A DNA stretch of 64,000 nt, taken from Candidatus Bathyarchaeia archaeon (lineage in GTDB: Archaea; Thermoproteota; Bathyarchaeia; Bathyarchaeales; Bathycorpusculaceae). The position numbers and the translations under genes were made by a program. Positions 27,648 to 38,223 of this stretch are shown here, in pieces (positions within the stretch are counted from its first letter, which is position 1; each line of letters begins with the position of its first letter). The notes under the pieces were generated by a model. The model saw only the letters and a list, made by a program, of their open reading frames with translations. It had not been told where the DNA came from and made no database searches. The DNA is taken from positions 1 to 64,000 of the forward strand of contig JAVZLQ010000005.1 of the NCBI GenBank assembly GCA_038883655.1, in the 5' to 3' direction.

Positions 27648-28648
27648 CGGAAGAAGTAATTAAAGCTGAAGGTTTGACAAAAGTTTTTAACAAGAGCCTT
27701 GTTGCCGTCGACCATGTGAACTTCAGCGTTAAGGACGGTGAAATTTTCGGTTTTCTTGGACCAAACGGCGCGGGCAAAACAACTACAATAAACATGCTCA
27801 TAACGGTTTTGAAGCCAACTGAAGGCAGAGCATCCGTCTTGGGCTACGATATCGTCAAACAAGCGCGTGAAGTGCGAAACGTCATAGGCGTTGTGCCACA
27901 AGAGTACACAGCGGACGAGGACTTGACAGGATACGAAAACATAATTTTATGCGCGGATTTATATGGCATTTCACGTGAAGTTTCAAAGAAACGCGCCCTC
28001 GAACTCCTAGAACTCGTAGAACTCGTGGATTTTAAGGATAAAAAGGTTGAAACGTATTCGGGTGGAATGCGCCGAAGGCTTGAACTGGCATGCGGCTTAA
28101 TTAATAGACCAAAAGTGCTTTTTCTCGACGAGCCTACGCTGGGCTTGGATGTTCAGACAAGAGCCGCCACATGGGATTACATTAAACGTTTGAAGAAGGA
28201 GTATGGTATGACGCTTTTCATGACTACGCATTATTTGGAGGAGGCAGACGCTCTCTGCGACCGCATAGCCATAATTGACCATGGCAAAATCGTTGTAACC
28301 GGCACGCCTGAAGAGTTAAAACGCAGTTTGGGCGGCGACATAATAACCATAAGCATAAAGGAAAATGTTGACGTAAGCGACATAATCCGCAGCGTTGAAA
28401 ACGTTAAAGAAGTTAGGAACGAGGATGGCGCTTATCGTATTAAGGCTGAGTATGGCGAAGTAACAGCTCCATTCATAATCGAAGCACTACGTAGAAAGGG
28501 CTATACTGTAACAAAGCTCTCCATGACAGAGCCAACGTTAAACGAGGTTTATTTGGAGTACACTGGAAGGTCGATGCGTGACGCTGAGGAATCAGTAGAA
28601 GCCTTCAGAACGCAGAGAATAACCCTAAGGAGGGCGAGGGCGAGATGA
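27644..28648 (+). CDS. ABC exporter ATPase (DrrA-like)
   Basis: GPNGAGKT, YSGGM, LFLDEPT. Confidence 0.92.
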   Translation: MTEEVIKAEGLTKVFNKSLVAVDHVNFSVKDGEIFGFLGPNGAGKTTTINMLITVLKPTEGRASVLGYDIVKQAREVRNVIGVVPQEYTADEDLTGYENIILCADLYGISREVSKKRALELLELVELVDFKDKKVETYSGGMRRRLELACGLINRPKVLFLDEPTLGLDVQTRAATWDYIKRLKKEYGMTLFMTTHYLEEADALCDRIAIIDHGKIVVTGTPEELKRSLGGDIITISIKENVDVSDIIRSVENVKEVRNEDGAYRIKAEYGEVTAPFIIEALRRKGYTVTKLSMTEPTLNEVYLEYTGRSMRDAEESVEAFRTQRITLRRARAR

Positions 28649-29586
28649 GCAAGATAAATGAGTATCATGCACGTAGGCTTCAAGGATTGTGGGCTTTAAC
28701 CAAACGTGAACTAAAAAAGTGGATGAAGGAGCCAATAATTCTTTTCATGGCTGTTCTTCAACCAGTGCTTTGGATGGGACTGTTCGGAAAAGCAATGAAT
28801 TTAGGCGCGATGTTCTCCGCGAGCAACATAAACATGCCTTCTGTAATTTACCTTCCAGGAGAAGCTTTAATTCCTCCACAAAGCGGCGTTATGATACCTA
28901 TCTCCGGGGCAGCACTTTCACAAATGTTTAGCAATTTAGGTCCAGAAATTATGGGCAACATATTTGGCGTCTCGGATTATTTTAGTTACATGTCTGTTGG
29001 CATGATTTCTTTCATAGTGATGTTTACAACGATGTTCAGTGGCATGTCAATAGTTTGGGACAGACGCTTAGGATTTTTGGACAAAGTACTTAGCACTCCA
29101 GTTTCGCGTGGTGCAATAATCTTTTCGAAGGTTTTGAACGCTGCTTTGAGGGCGATGTTCCAAGCGACAATAATTTTAATCCTCGCAACAATTTTTGGCT
29201 TGCAAGTAAGCGAAACTTTCACTCCGCTGAACATACTTGGCATTTACGCTGCGATATTCCTCTTAAGCGTTGGACTTTCGTCAATATTCCTTGCGCTTGC
29301 TCTGCGCTCAACTAGGCAGGAGACGCAGATGGCAATAGTAAACCTAATTAACATGCCCCTAATGTTTGCAAGCAACACGTTCTACCCGATAGGCATGATG
29401 CCAGAATGGATACAAGCCATAGCACGTGTAAACCCAATAAGCTACTTAACAGACGCAGTCAGACAGTTAACAATACTTCCGTTAAACACCTCAGCCCTAA
29501 TCGCAGACTTCACCTATTTAATCGCCTTCGCCGCGGTCTTCGCCACAATCGGTATAGTGCTCTCTTGGCGTTACTTAACAAGATAA
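28645..29586 (+). CDS. ABC-2 type permease
   Basis: Six TMs, DRRLGFLDKVLSTP, NPISY. Confidence 0.9.
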   Translation: MSKINEYHARRLQGLWALTKRELKKWMKEPIILFMAVLQPVLWMGLFGKAMNLGAMFSASNINMPSVIYLPGEALIPPQSGVMIPISGAALSQMFSNLGPEIMGNIFGVSDYFSYMSVGMISFIVMFTTMFSGMSIVWDRRLGFLDKVLSTPVSRGAIIFSKVLNAALRAMFQATIILILATIFGLQVSETFTPLNILGIYAAIFLLSVGLSSIFLALALRSTRQETQMAIVNLINMPLMFASNTFYPIGMMPEWIQAIARVNPISYLTDAVRQLTILPLNTSALIADFTYLIAFAAVFATIGIVLSWRYLTR

Positions 29587-29592
29587 AAAGAT

Positions 29593-30291
29593 ATGAAGAG
29601 ACAAGACATGACGACAATCGTAGAAACAGTTAACCTCAGAAAAATCTACATGCTTGGCAAGGTTCCAGTTGAAGCCCTACGCGGCGTAAACCTAAAAGTC
29701 GATGAGGGTGAATTCCTCGCTGTGCTGGGACCCTCTGGAAGCGGCAAGTCTACGCTTTTGAACCTTATTGGCGCTTTAGACAAGCCGACAGACGGAAAAG
29801 TGTTTATTGAGGGAACAGACGTTTCGAAGCTCAATGATAATCAGCTTGCTGACTTAAGGCGTAGAATAGGCTTCGTCTTCCAGTTTTTCAACTTGATTCC
29901 CAGGTTGACCGCGCGGCAAAATGTCGAGTTGTCAATGGCTATTGCTGGTTTAAGCAAAGAAGAACGCAGAAAACGTGCAGAGGAACTCCTAGGAATGGTT
30001 GGGTTAAAGGAGCGAATGAACCATAAGCCCACAGAGCTCAGCGGAGGCGAACAGCAGCGAGTAGCAATTGCAAGGGCTTTAGCCAACAACCCACGTTTTC
30101 TTCTTATGGACGAGCCGACTGGCAACATAGACTCCAAAAACGCCATGGAAATAATCCAGCTTGTTAAGGAGTTAAACACGAGCAAAGACGTGACGGTCAT
30201 TATGGTTACTCATGACCAGCGTTTGGCTAATGAAGCCAAGCGAACTGTGAAAATGCTTGACGGCTTAATCGTCGAGGATGTGGTGAATTAG
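29593..30291 (+). CDS. ABC ATPase (LolD/MacB-type)
   Basis: GPSGSGKS, LSGGEQQRVAIARAL, DEPTGN. Confidence 0.92.
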   Translation: MKRQDMTTIVETVNLRKIYMLGKVPVEALRGVNLKVDEGEFLAVLGPSGSGKSTLLNLIGALDKPTDGKVFIEGTDVSKLNDNQLADLRRRIGFVFQFFNLIPRLTARQNVELSMAIAGLSKEERRKRAEELLGMVGLKERMNHKPTELSGGEQQRVAIARALANNPRFLLMDEPTGNIDSKNAMEIIQLVKELNTSKDVTVIMVTHDQRLANEAKRTVKMLDGLIVEDVVN

Positions 30292-30292
30292 A

Positions 30293-31555
30293 ATGAATGT
30301 TACTGATGTTTTATCCTACGCTTTTGGCGCCATAAAACTTCGCAAACTCCGCGCTGCACTGACAACGCTTGGAGTAATAATTGGCATAGCAGCCATAGTG
30401 GCGCTCCTATCCTTCAGCCAAGGCTTCCAAAACACTATAACAGCACAACTGCAAAAGGGCTTCGCGACAAACACCCTAATAGTTTCGCCAGGCGGCGGAC
30501 TGGGCGGCGGAGCACAAACACCCCTACTAATTTCAGATGTGGAAAAAATTGACACAATAGAGAACGTGAACATGTCCGTGGCAATAATGCAAAAAACATG
30601 CTTCATAAACATAAGCGACAGAATCATAACAATAACCGTGATAGGCGTAGACTTTGAAAAATACAAGAGCATCTACGAAAGCACTTTCATCCCAGCAAAA
30701 GGAAACATTACAATTCCTCCACATAAAGATTCCATAGTCATTGGCACGAGGATACATGATCCATGGCAAAACGGCACAATACTCGTTGATGTTAGCTACG
30801 CCATCAACATCACTTGGACGAAAAGAAGTGACGGATTTTTCCAAAACAAAACCTACACTGGACAAGTAATCGCTGTTCTAAAGGAGATAGGAGGCTTCAG
30901 TATTGGCGGACCGTCAGACTTTGGCATATACATTCCAATCGCGCAAGCTCAAGAGTTCTTCGAGACAGATGAATGTAACGCCATTATCGTGCTGTTGAAC
31001 AACGATGATAAAGCCACAATCAAAAGCGTTTCCGACGCGATAAAAGAGGCTTTCAGCAACCAAGTTTCAGTTACATCCGCAACAGCAGTTCTTGACATAA
31101 TCTCAACAGTGTTCTCAAACGTCGAATTCTTTTTGGCTGGCATTGCTGGCATTTCACTTTTGGTTGCTGGAGTCGGCATAATGAACATCATGATCGTCTC
31201 TTTGATGGAGAGAACACGCGAAATAGGCATACTAAAGGCTTTAGGCATGAAAAATCGCACAGTGTTAGCAATTTTCCTAAGCGAAGCAATAATAATAGGC
31301 TTGTTGGGCGCCGTCATAGGCATAGTTTCTGGTTGGGGCTTAGCAAACATCGTTGCGAGGTTGGGAATTTTCGGCGGAAGGTTCCAAGGCGCAAATCAAG
31401 TGGCAACAGCACAAATTTCAATTACGCCGGTCTTAACGGCGACTGTTCTAATTGGCGCACTTGCCTTCGGAGTAATTGTAAGCGTCGTTTTCGGTTTGTA
31501 TCCTGCTTGGCGCGCTTCAAAACTTAAGCCGGTTGACGCCTTAAGGTATGAGTAG
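30293..31555 (+). CDS. MacB/FtsX-type ABC permease
   Basis: GIMNIM..SLMERTREIGILKALG; PAWRASKLKPVDALRYE. Confidence 0.92.
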   Translation: MNVTDVLSYAFGAIKLRKLRAALTTLGVIIGIAAIVALLSFSQGFQNTITAQLQKGFATNTLIVSPGGGLGGGAQTPLLISDVEKIDTIENVNMSVAIMQKTCFINISDRIITITVIGVDFEKYKSIYESTFIPAKGNITIPPHKDSIVIGTRIHDPWQNGTILVDVSYAINITWTKRSDGFFQNKTYTGQVIAVLKEIGGFSIGGPSDFGIYIPIAQAQEFFETDECNAIIVLLNNDDKATIKSVSDAIKEAFSNQVSVTSATAVLDIISTVFSNVEFFLAGIAGISLLVAGVGIMNIMIVSLMERTREIGILKALGMKNRTVLAIFLSEAIIIGLLGAVIGIVSGWGLANIVARLGIFGGRFQGANQVATAQISITPVLTATVLIGALAFGVIVSVVFGLYPAWRASKLKPVDALRYE

Positions 31556-31629
31556 CAAATTATATAACATTGCAGCAGAATTTTAGCAGAGAGGCAACGG
31601 AAAAATTGATTGGTAATTTGAAGAGAAGC

Positions 31630-33021
31630 ATGGGTTTTCCAATGGGCGACGCAACCCGCCTAAAAACTAGACCAACAGCCACCCTGATTATAATTGCGCT
31701 TAACGTCGCAATGTATGCCATAACATCCTACACAAACTACTTTCTTGAGATAAGCGACTACTGGGTAAGCGCCGGCGGCTTCGTCCCATCCTTAATCGTT
31801 AATCCATCCCAACTGTACAGAATTTTCGCTTCAATGTTTCTCCACGCGGACGTCTTCCACATACTCTTCAACATGTACTTCCTATACTTGTTCGGAAGAG
31901 CCGTCGAAAACGCGCTTGGCAGATTAAGATATTTGACGCTATACCTTATTTCTGGAATCGCGGCATCCATATTCCACACAGCCTTCAGCTTTTTAGGAGG
32001 ATTCACAGCCTATGTGATTCCAGCAATAGGCGCTTCTGGAGCCATAAGCGGGATACTAGGCGCATACTTAATGCTTTTCCCCGGCACGTCGCTTGTTATG
32101 GGCTGGTTTTTCTTTATGTTCCCTGTATTCTTTAGGATGAAGGCAGCCTACTACCTAATCTTCTGGTTTGCAACCCAGCTGATTTACGGTTATGCCAGAC
32201 TCGCTGGAAGCACGGCGGTATTCGCTCATGCTGGCGGATTCATCGCTGGCATCGCTATGCTCGCAGTAGTCGCCAACAAGGAGCGAATGAGCCAATTTAG
32301 AATTGTGCAGCAAGTTGCGTTATATCCTTACTTAACTTTTATGCCGCCAAAGCATAGGGGATTAAGCTACATCTCAAAGTTAATAATAACAGCGCTCTTG
32401 GCGCTATTGCTTGTCGGAGCTTCTTATGCTTCAACTGGAATGCCTAATCAAGGCAAAATAAAAGCAGCAACAATCCAATACGTTTGCGAGGGAACACCAT
32501 ATATGGATTATCTTGGCGTTCAATTGCCAGACATCCAATCCCAAATCAGCAGCATATCACTAGACACGACGAGGATACTTATAAATAGGTTGTATGCTGC
32601 CAATCTGCTTTATGATGAATCTAAAGCCAATGGACAAGTGAATATAAGTGATTGGAGTGGAATATTGCGAATGATTGTTTATGGAAAACGCGTGAATGTA
32701 AATTTAACAATTTACTATTTTAGAGGGCGCTATGATAATGAAGGCTTCTTGAACTATTGTGAAGGGGAATTAACAACACAGGTTGTCCACATCAATTCAA
32801 CAATTTATGGATATGTCATAGAGGTTGACGGCTTCATAAGCTACACTTTTGGATTTAGTTCGCAAACAGTGAACCTTACAGACGTTATGCAGTTCACGGC
32901 TTTGCCGTCGTTATTCGCAACTGCTGCGGCGCTCGTTGTAGTAGTCAAAAAGGACAAAGATTTGGTATTAATTGCAGAAGAACGTGAAACTTTTTGGCAA
33001 CGTTTTGAGCCAACAATATAA
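31630..33021 (+). CDS. Rhomboid intramembrane serine protease with C-terminal extension
   Basis: FLHA..HILFNM, GASG, AHAGG; start uncertain (31570-31642). Confidence 0.88.
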   Translation: MGFPMGDATRLKTRPTATLIIIALNVAMYAITSYTNYFLEISDYWVSAGGFVPSLIVNPSQLYRIFASMFLHADVFHILFNMYFLYLFGRAVENALGRLRYLTLYLISGIAASIFHTAFSFLGGFTAYVIPAIGASGAISGILGAYLMLFPGTSLVMGWFFFMFPVFFRMKAAYYLIFWFATQLIYGYARLAGSTAVFAHAGGFIAGIAMLAVVANKERMSQFRIVQQVALYPYLTFMPPKHRGLSYISKLIITALLALLLVGASYASTGMPNQGKIKAATIQYVCEGTPYMDYLGVQLPDIQSQISSISLDTTRILINRLYAANLLYDESKANGQVNISDWSGILRMIVYGKRVNVNLTIYYFRGRYDNEGFLNYCEGELTTQVVHINSTIYGYVIEVDGFISYTFGFSSQTVNLTDVMQFTALPSLFATAAALVVVVKKDKDLVLIAEERETFWQRFEPTI

Positions 33022-33039
33022 GTAAGAAAATAAGGTTAT

Positions 33040-33516
33040 GTGATATACGCCTTAGTGGTGTTTGGTTTGGTTAAGAGGCTTTACCCGAAACAGCCAGTTG
33101 TAGGCGTCGGCGCGGTAATAATCCAAAACGGAAAGATTTTGCTTGAAAAGCGAAAAAGCGAGCCGGGACGCGGCAAATGGAGTATTCCAGGCGGTTTGGT
33201 TGAGCTTGGCGAAAGCGTCAGCCAAACTGTTGTGAGAGAAGTAGCTGAGGAAACGGGGTTGGAGGTCTACGAGCCGGAGCTCATAGACATTGTTGACAAC
33301 GTTGTTCGCGACGAGAACGGCGAGGTAAAATACCACTTTGTCATAATAGACTTTTTCGTCAAACTTAAAGGGGGAGAACTAAAAGCTCAAAGCGACGCAG
33401 AAGAACTGCGCTGGGTTCCGCTTAGCGAAGTGGAAAAATATGATTTAACAAAAACTTTTAGGGCTTTTTTCCAGCGGAACAAGCAGAAGCTTGAAAAGTT
33501 TAATTCAAATCTTTAA
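33040..33516 (+). CDS. Nudix hydrolase
   Basis: GGLVELGE...REVAEETG Nudix box. Confidence 0.9.
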   Translation: MIYALVVFGLVKRLYPKQPVVGVGAVIIQNGKILLEKRKSEPGRGKWSIPGGLVELGESVSQTVVREVAEETGLEVYEPELIDIVDNVVRDENGEVKYHFVIIDFFVKLKGGELKAQSDAEELRWVPLSEVEKYDLTKTFRAFFQRNKQKLEKFNSNL

Positions 33517-34963
33517 AGAAAAGCCTAGTTTCTCCCATTGTTTTTACATCTAAGGCTCGGACTTTCACGACTATTGGGAAATCTTTAACAACTTTGCCAA
33601 GCACAAGACAATGATGTGGTGGTAAGTCGCGGGCTATGGATTTTACTGTTTCCGCGTCTACGCGTGCTGCGCGTGAAACCACTTCTAGGTCATGTTCGTT
33701 TGTGAAGTTGAATAGGAATATGTTGTCCGCTTGGCGGTAAATGTTCTCGCGTATGGTGTCCGGCTGGTTAGTGATGAATGTGGTGAATATGCCAAAGTGG
33801 CGCATCCGCGTTACAATGTCATCCCAGTAGGTCTCGCGCAAATACAAGTGCGCTTCTTCAGCGAACAAGAAGACAGCTTTAAGCTTCCAGCTTGTTAACA
33901 GTTCGACGAGTTTTCCTAGAAGGTATTCGACGACTATTTGCCTATCAATCGGCGAGGTGTTCCGAAGGTTTATTATTATGGCGCCGCCCTGCTCCTTCGC
34001 CCTAAACAAACATTCTTCTAGAAGTGTCGCTTCCGCCACGTTATCCGTGAAGAAGCCAGAATTAACAAGCGCGTAGTACCGCGAAAAGAGCGCATCGCGA
34101 ACATGCTGGTTGCAGTGCCAGTTTCGTATGGCTTCACCCAAATCATGAAGTGTCAACATGTTCCGTTCTTTAAGCGACTGCCAAATTCGCCTAAACTCGC
34201 GTGCGGAGGTCCCTGGCAAATGCAGTGCGTGTATTAGGATTTCCAATAGCACGTGTAGGTTTAGCTGTTTTAGGGCTACTTTGAAGTTTTGGGCTGGCGT
34301 CAAAATGTGGATTTTGTCGTAGAGCACGTTTTTCTTTCCGTCCGCGGTCATTCCCAGGCTTAGATATTCACCGTTCAAGTCGAAAACGACTACTGTCGCC
34401 TTATAGCCCACAAGGCTTGAAATTAGAAGTTTTGAAAGGTGCGATTTCCCAGTTTCCTTCTTCCCAGTAATAATGTTAAGCCTTCCATCCAACGAAGAAG
34501 CGTCTATCGTTAAAAGCGAGGCATCCTTTGTGCCGCCCAAAACTATTGGGAGTTCACCATTTATTCTCGCAAGCTTAAGCAATTTTGGTATTGAAAGCTT
34601 CTTTATAGTTGATTGCGAGCGGGATGGAAGCCAAGCGCTTGTTGGGCTTAAGTTTTCGCCGTTTTCTATTGTTGCGCGTATCTTGCATATCAGCAGACTT
34701 GCGTCTTGGATGTAGGTGATGTGCGGTGCGATTTCAAGCGGGTCAAAGTCTTCGCCCTGCATTATTTCGCCTCCATCTGGAAGGCTCCTAAGCAGTTCTT
34801 CCAAAACGCCTGGTATACTAGCGAATTGCACGTCTATTACTTGGGCGATTAGGGCCTTTCCTGCATCCGCATCTTCTATTAGGAGGTAGTCGCTCTTCTC
34901 TGCGGTTTCGTTTGGGAAGCTTAGGATTTGGACGATGTTTCCTTCTTTCTTGTAGAGTTTCAT
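33500..34963 (-). CDS. HerA-like ATPase
   Basis: GKKETGKS Walker A, FDLNGEY, FAEEAH Walker B, RMRHFG, TNQP. Confidence 0.85.
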   Translation of the reverse strand: MKLYKKEGNIVQILSFPNETAEKSDYLLIEDADAGKALIAQVIDVQFASIPGVLEELLRSLPDGGEIMQGEDFDPLEIAPHITYIQDASLLICKIRATIENGENLSPTSAWLPSRSQSTIKKLSIPKLLKLARINGELPIVLGGTKDASLLTIDASSLDGRLNIITGKKETGKSHLSKLLISSLVGYKATVVVFDLNGEYLSLGMTADGKKNVLYDKIHILTPAQNFKVALKQLNLHVLLEILIHALHLPGTSAREFRRIWQSLKERNMLTLHDLGEAIRNWHCNQHVRDALFSRYYALVNSGFFTDNVAEATLLEECLFRAKEQGGAIIINLRNTSPIDRQIVVEYLLGKLVELLTSWKLKAVFLFAEEAHLYLRETYWDDIVTRMRHFGIFTTFITNQPDTIRENIYRQADNIFLFNFTNEHDLEVVSRAARVDAETVKSIARDLPPHHCLVLGKVVKDFPIVVKVRALDVKTMGETRLFFKDLN

Positions 34964-36051
34964 GTGTTTGCCTCTCCTTTTCCGAATGGCCCGAAAAGTA
35001 GTTTGTGCATGTCTGGTCTGTTGATTATTTTTAGTCCGTAGCGCCTTGTTATGAAGTGTTGCATGGCTATTACCTCGTTTGCAGTGAACGTGCAGAGTAT
35101 GTGCGCCAAGCGTAGGGTTTCTGGATAGCCTTGCACTAGCAGGTCGTTTCCAACAAGCTTTTCAACAGCTTCCACTTTTTCTTGGCTTGGCAGTTCACGG
35201 TCAATGTCCAACCTGAAGGCGCAGTTTCCATTTGAAAGCCTAGCCACGTAGATGTTGCCGAACGAGATTAGCGGCGGTTTTGCTCTTAACCCAGAAAGTT
35301 CAAGTAGGAACGGTGGGGCAAAGTTGGGCAGAGCTTCTGTTATTAGGTTTCCGTTAAGCCTCATCGTGGTCATTTTTGAAAATGCCAATACAGCGTTTCC
35401 AGTTTTCCTTGCGTTTTCCAAGATTTCTCGCATGACATTTGCGGGGGTGTCTGGTGTGCCAGCCGTTAGCGAACCGTCTAGTAAGATTAGGCTGTTGGTC
35501 ATTGTTTTTGCTGTGGCGAGTTGCAGCCATCTTTCGAGCAGAGTTGCTAAGCGTGTTGGCATCTGCGTCATGTTTGGCGTGTACTGGTGGTTTTGTATGC
35601 TTTGTTGTCCGAGGTATGCCCTTTGCAGTGCGTTGTAAACTTCTGTTTTGTTTTCTTCTGTTATGTGGAATATGAATGGCCCTAGGCGGATGTACCTATA
35701 GCGTTTGTTTTGTTTCCAGATTGTGGCGCCTCTTATGGCGATTAGGATGCCTGTTTTTGTTTCGCCGATTTTTATGCTTGAAGTGTCTATTGCCGCAACA
35801 AGTGTTTCTTGGGTTTTTGGTTTTATTTGTATGATTGTTGGTTTCAAGTTTAGGCTTGGCACCTGTAGTTGAGCGTCTATTTTGCCGTTTTGCGCTACTG
35901 CTTGTGGGGTTAGTTGGATTTGTTGGTTTTGGATGTGCCTCAGCGAGTGTATGCTTAGTTCTAGTAGTCTTTGCGGCAGCGCTGTTTCGATGGGTTTTTG
36001 TGGAAAATTATATTTTGGTGTTGTTGTTATAGTGTATTGTTCAATCACCAA
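34960..36051 (-). CDS. NurA-family nuclease
   Basis: AAIDTS, LLDGSL, FSK, GYPETLRLAH. Confidence 0.82.
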   Translation of the reverse strand: MVIEQYTITTTPKYNFPQKPIETALPQRLLELSIHSLRHIQNQQIQLTPQAVAQNGKIDAQLQVPSLNLKPTIIQIKPKTQETLVAAIDTSSIKIGETKTGILIAIRGATIWKQNKRYRYIRLGPFIFHITEENKTEVYNALQRAYLGQQSIQNHQYTPNMTQMPTRLATLLERWLQLATAKTMTNSLILLDGSLTAGTPDTPANVMREILENARKTGNAVLAFSKMTTMRLNGNLITEALPNFAPPFLLELSGLRAKPPLISFGNIYVARLSNGNCAFRLDIDRELPSQEKVEAVEKLVGNDLLVQGYPETLRLAHILCTFTANEVIAMQHFITRRYGLKIINRPDMHKLLFGPFGKGEANT

Positions 36052-36141
36052 GATTCACCAATAGCCAATTGTCTGCGGAAGGAATATTTAAATGTTGTGC
36101 ATGAACAAGATGCACAATTCAATATTCAACAAGGTGAAAAA

Positions 36142-36540
36142 TTGACAGAACCGCATCAAAAACCACCAATCCGAGTAAAAATGCGAATAGGCGAAATAGA
36201 ATTCGAAATAGAATGCCAAGAAGACCAACTGCAAACGGCAGTAGAACGCATACTCTCAACAGTAACCCAAAAACTAAAAGAAACACCACTAATAACGGAA
36301 CGCGCAACAGCGCCGCCGCGCGCAGAAACATGCAAAAGCCTAATACAAAAACTATGGGAAGAAGGCTTGTTCGCAACGCCTAAAAGCCTAAGCGAGGTCC
36401 ATAATGAAATGGCAAAACGCGGGTTCCACTATGACAGAACGGCAGTAGCCCACGCCCTAATAGACCTAGTAAAAGAAGGAATCCTAACACGTGAAGGAAA
36501 ACCAAGAAGGTATCAATATGCCCAAAAAAGACCGCCATAA
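36142..36540 (+). CDS. Hypothetical beta-beta-alpha + winged-helix protein
   Basis: RVKMRIGEIEFEIE N-domain; PKSLSEV...LIDLVKEGILTREG C-terminal wHTH; TTG after GGTGA. Confidence 0.7.
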   Translation: MTEPHQKPPIRVKMRIGEIEFEIECQEDQLQTAVERILSTVTQKLKETPLITERATAPPRAETCKSLIQKLWEEGLFATPKSLSEVHNEMAKRGFHYDRTAVAHALIDLVKEGILTREGKPRRYQYAQKRPP

Positions 36541-37348
36541 ATCGCGTATCAAAGCTGTGACTTTTGACCTTTGGGAAACTTTACTCTTTGAAAGAGATGG
36601 CTACGATGCGAGAAGATCATCCGCTCGCTGTAGAAATCTTGTAAATGCTTTGAAAGGGCTTGGAGTTGAAGTTTCTGTTGAGAATATGGATTTTGCTTTG
36701 AAGAAAACGATTTCTTCACTTTTAAAAATTTGGGACACCAACAGAGACATCGCTCATTCGGAACAGATTCAGCTACTTATGAAACATTTGTTTAAAAATT
36801 CAGTCTCTGTAAAAGAGGAGTGGCTTGACTCGTTAAGTTCAGCTTATGTTTCTGCTCTTTTTGAGGTTCCTCCTTACCTGAACCCGGATGCACTTGAAGT
36901 TTTGCGGTGGTTAAAGAGCCAAAACAAATACGTTGGAATTATATGTAATACTGGGTTAACACCTGGGTTTGGATTAAGACGCTTTCTTGAAAAAGAAGGC
37001 GTTGCAAAGTATTTTGACGTTATGATTTTTTCTGAGGAGGTTGGCGTCCGCAAGCCTGACCCAAGAATATTTCATTTAGTTTCCGAGAAGTTAAAAGTGA
37101 AGCCATACGAGGTGGTTCATGTTGGCGATAATTTGAGGAGCGACGTTTGGGGTGCGAAAAACGCATGTTTTAAAGCAGTATACTTTCTGTGTGAAACAGG
37201 ACGAGATAGAGTGGCGGAGTCTGACCCTACATCGCTTGTTTCGCTTTCGCGAAAGCTTGGTGGTTTAAGGAAAGATGAAATTGCTCCTGATGCAACTATT
37301 AGTTCGCTTACCATGCTTAAAAAAGTTGTCGAGAAATTAGCAGTGTAG
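36518..37348 (+). CDS. HAD-superfamily hydrolase
   Basis: FDLWETL, KPDPRIF, HVGDNLRSD. Confidence 0.9.
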   Translation: MPKKDRHKSRIKAVTFDLWETLLFERDGYDARRSSARCRNLVNALKGLGVEVSVENMDFALKKTISSLLKIWDTNRDIAHSEQIQLLMKHLFKNSVSVKEEWLDSLSSAYVSALFEVPPYLNPDALEVLRWLKSQNKYVGIICNTGLTPGFGLRRFLEKEGVAKYFDVMIFSEEVGVRKPDPRIFHLVSEKLKVKPYEVVHVGDNLRSDVWGAKNACFKAVYFLCETGRDRVAESDPTSLVSLSRKLGGLRKDEIAPDATISSLTMLKKVVEKLAV

Positions 37349-37375
37349 TTTGATAAAGTTTAATGGTGTACACGT

Positions 37376-37573
37376 ATGAGTTGGAGTTCTTACATTCACG
37401 TTCGCAAAGTGCCTATAATTATATTTTCTCTTTTCCTCATATTCTTTGCAGTTTTATTAGCGGTTTTTAGAACCAACAATTGGGCATTAATTATAGCTTT
37501 TGTCATGTTCTTGTTAGGTGTCGCCGTGTTGTGGTATGACATTAAACTTTTCATGGATAATCTAATCAATTAA
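37376..37573 (+). CDS. Small two-TM membrane protein
   Basis: 65-aa ORF with two hydrophobic helices; GGTG RBS. Confidence 0.55.
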   Translation: MSWSSYIHVRKVPIIIFSLFLIFFAVLLAVFRTNNWALIIAFVMFLLGVAVLWYDIKLFMDNLIN

Positions 37574-37607
37574 ATTATGCGAGAAATCCTATAGGGGGCT
37601 ACTCGTA

Positions 37608-38207
37608 TTGGTCGGGAACTGCGCCAAAAATACATTAAAATTTGTTATTGAGCATTTGGAGCCGGAGATTGGCACATGGTTAAACATAGAATACATGCAC
37701 GCTTCAGAAATTGTCAGCAAAAACCGTCTAATATTCACGAATGTTAAAGGCGAAGCTGACAAAAACAGGCTTTCAAGCCTTGGAACAGTGAAAGAACAAA
37801 GCTTTGCCGAGCTTTACAATCCGCTTGAAATCGTAATCCTGGATCCAAAGGCAAATTCAACGCTTACACCGGAAGACTTAGCAAACAAAAAGGCCGTGGT
37901 CATCGGCGGCATTTTGGGCGACCACCCACCACGGGGAAGAACAAAACTGCTGATGACAAGTCGCTGTTCCGAAGCCGCGGCGCGTAACATCGGAAAGGAT
38001 CAGTTTGCAATCGATGGAACAGTTTACGTAGCTAAACTTGTGAGTGAAGGGTTTAGGCTTGAGGAAATCCCGGTGAAGAAGGGATTAACCATAAAATTGA
38101 GCGGACACCATTCAATTTACTTGCCATACGCTTATCCACTAAAGGACGACAAACCATTAATCCACAAGGCATTAATAGAATATTTACGTGCACATCCAGC
38201 AAACTAA
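37608..38207 (+). CDS. SFM1-like SPOUT methyltransferase
   Basis: VIEHLE, LDP, IGGILGDHPPRGRT. Confidence 0.82.
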   Translation: MVGNCAKNTLKFVIEHLEPEIGTWLNIEYMHASEIVSKNRLIFTNVKGEADKNRLSSLGTVKEQSFAELYNPLEIVILDPKANSTLTPEDLANKKAVVIGGILGDHPPRGRTKLLMTSRCSEAAARNIGKDQFAIDGTVYVAKLVSEGFRLEEIPVKKGLTIKLSGHHSIYLPYAYPLKDDKPLIHKALIEYLRAHPAN

Positions 38208-38223
38208 AGCTGAAATCAAGGCT

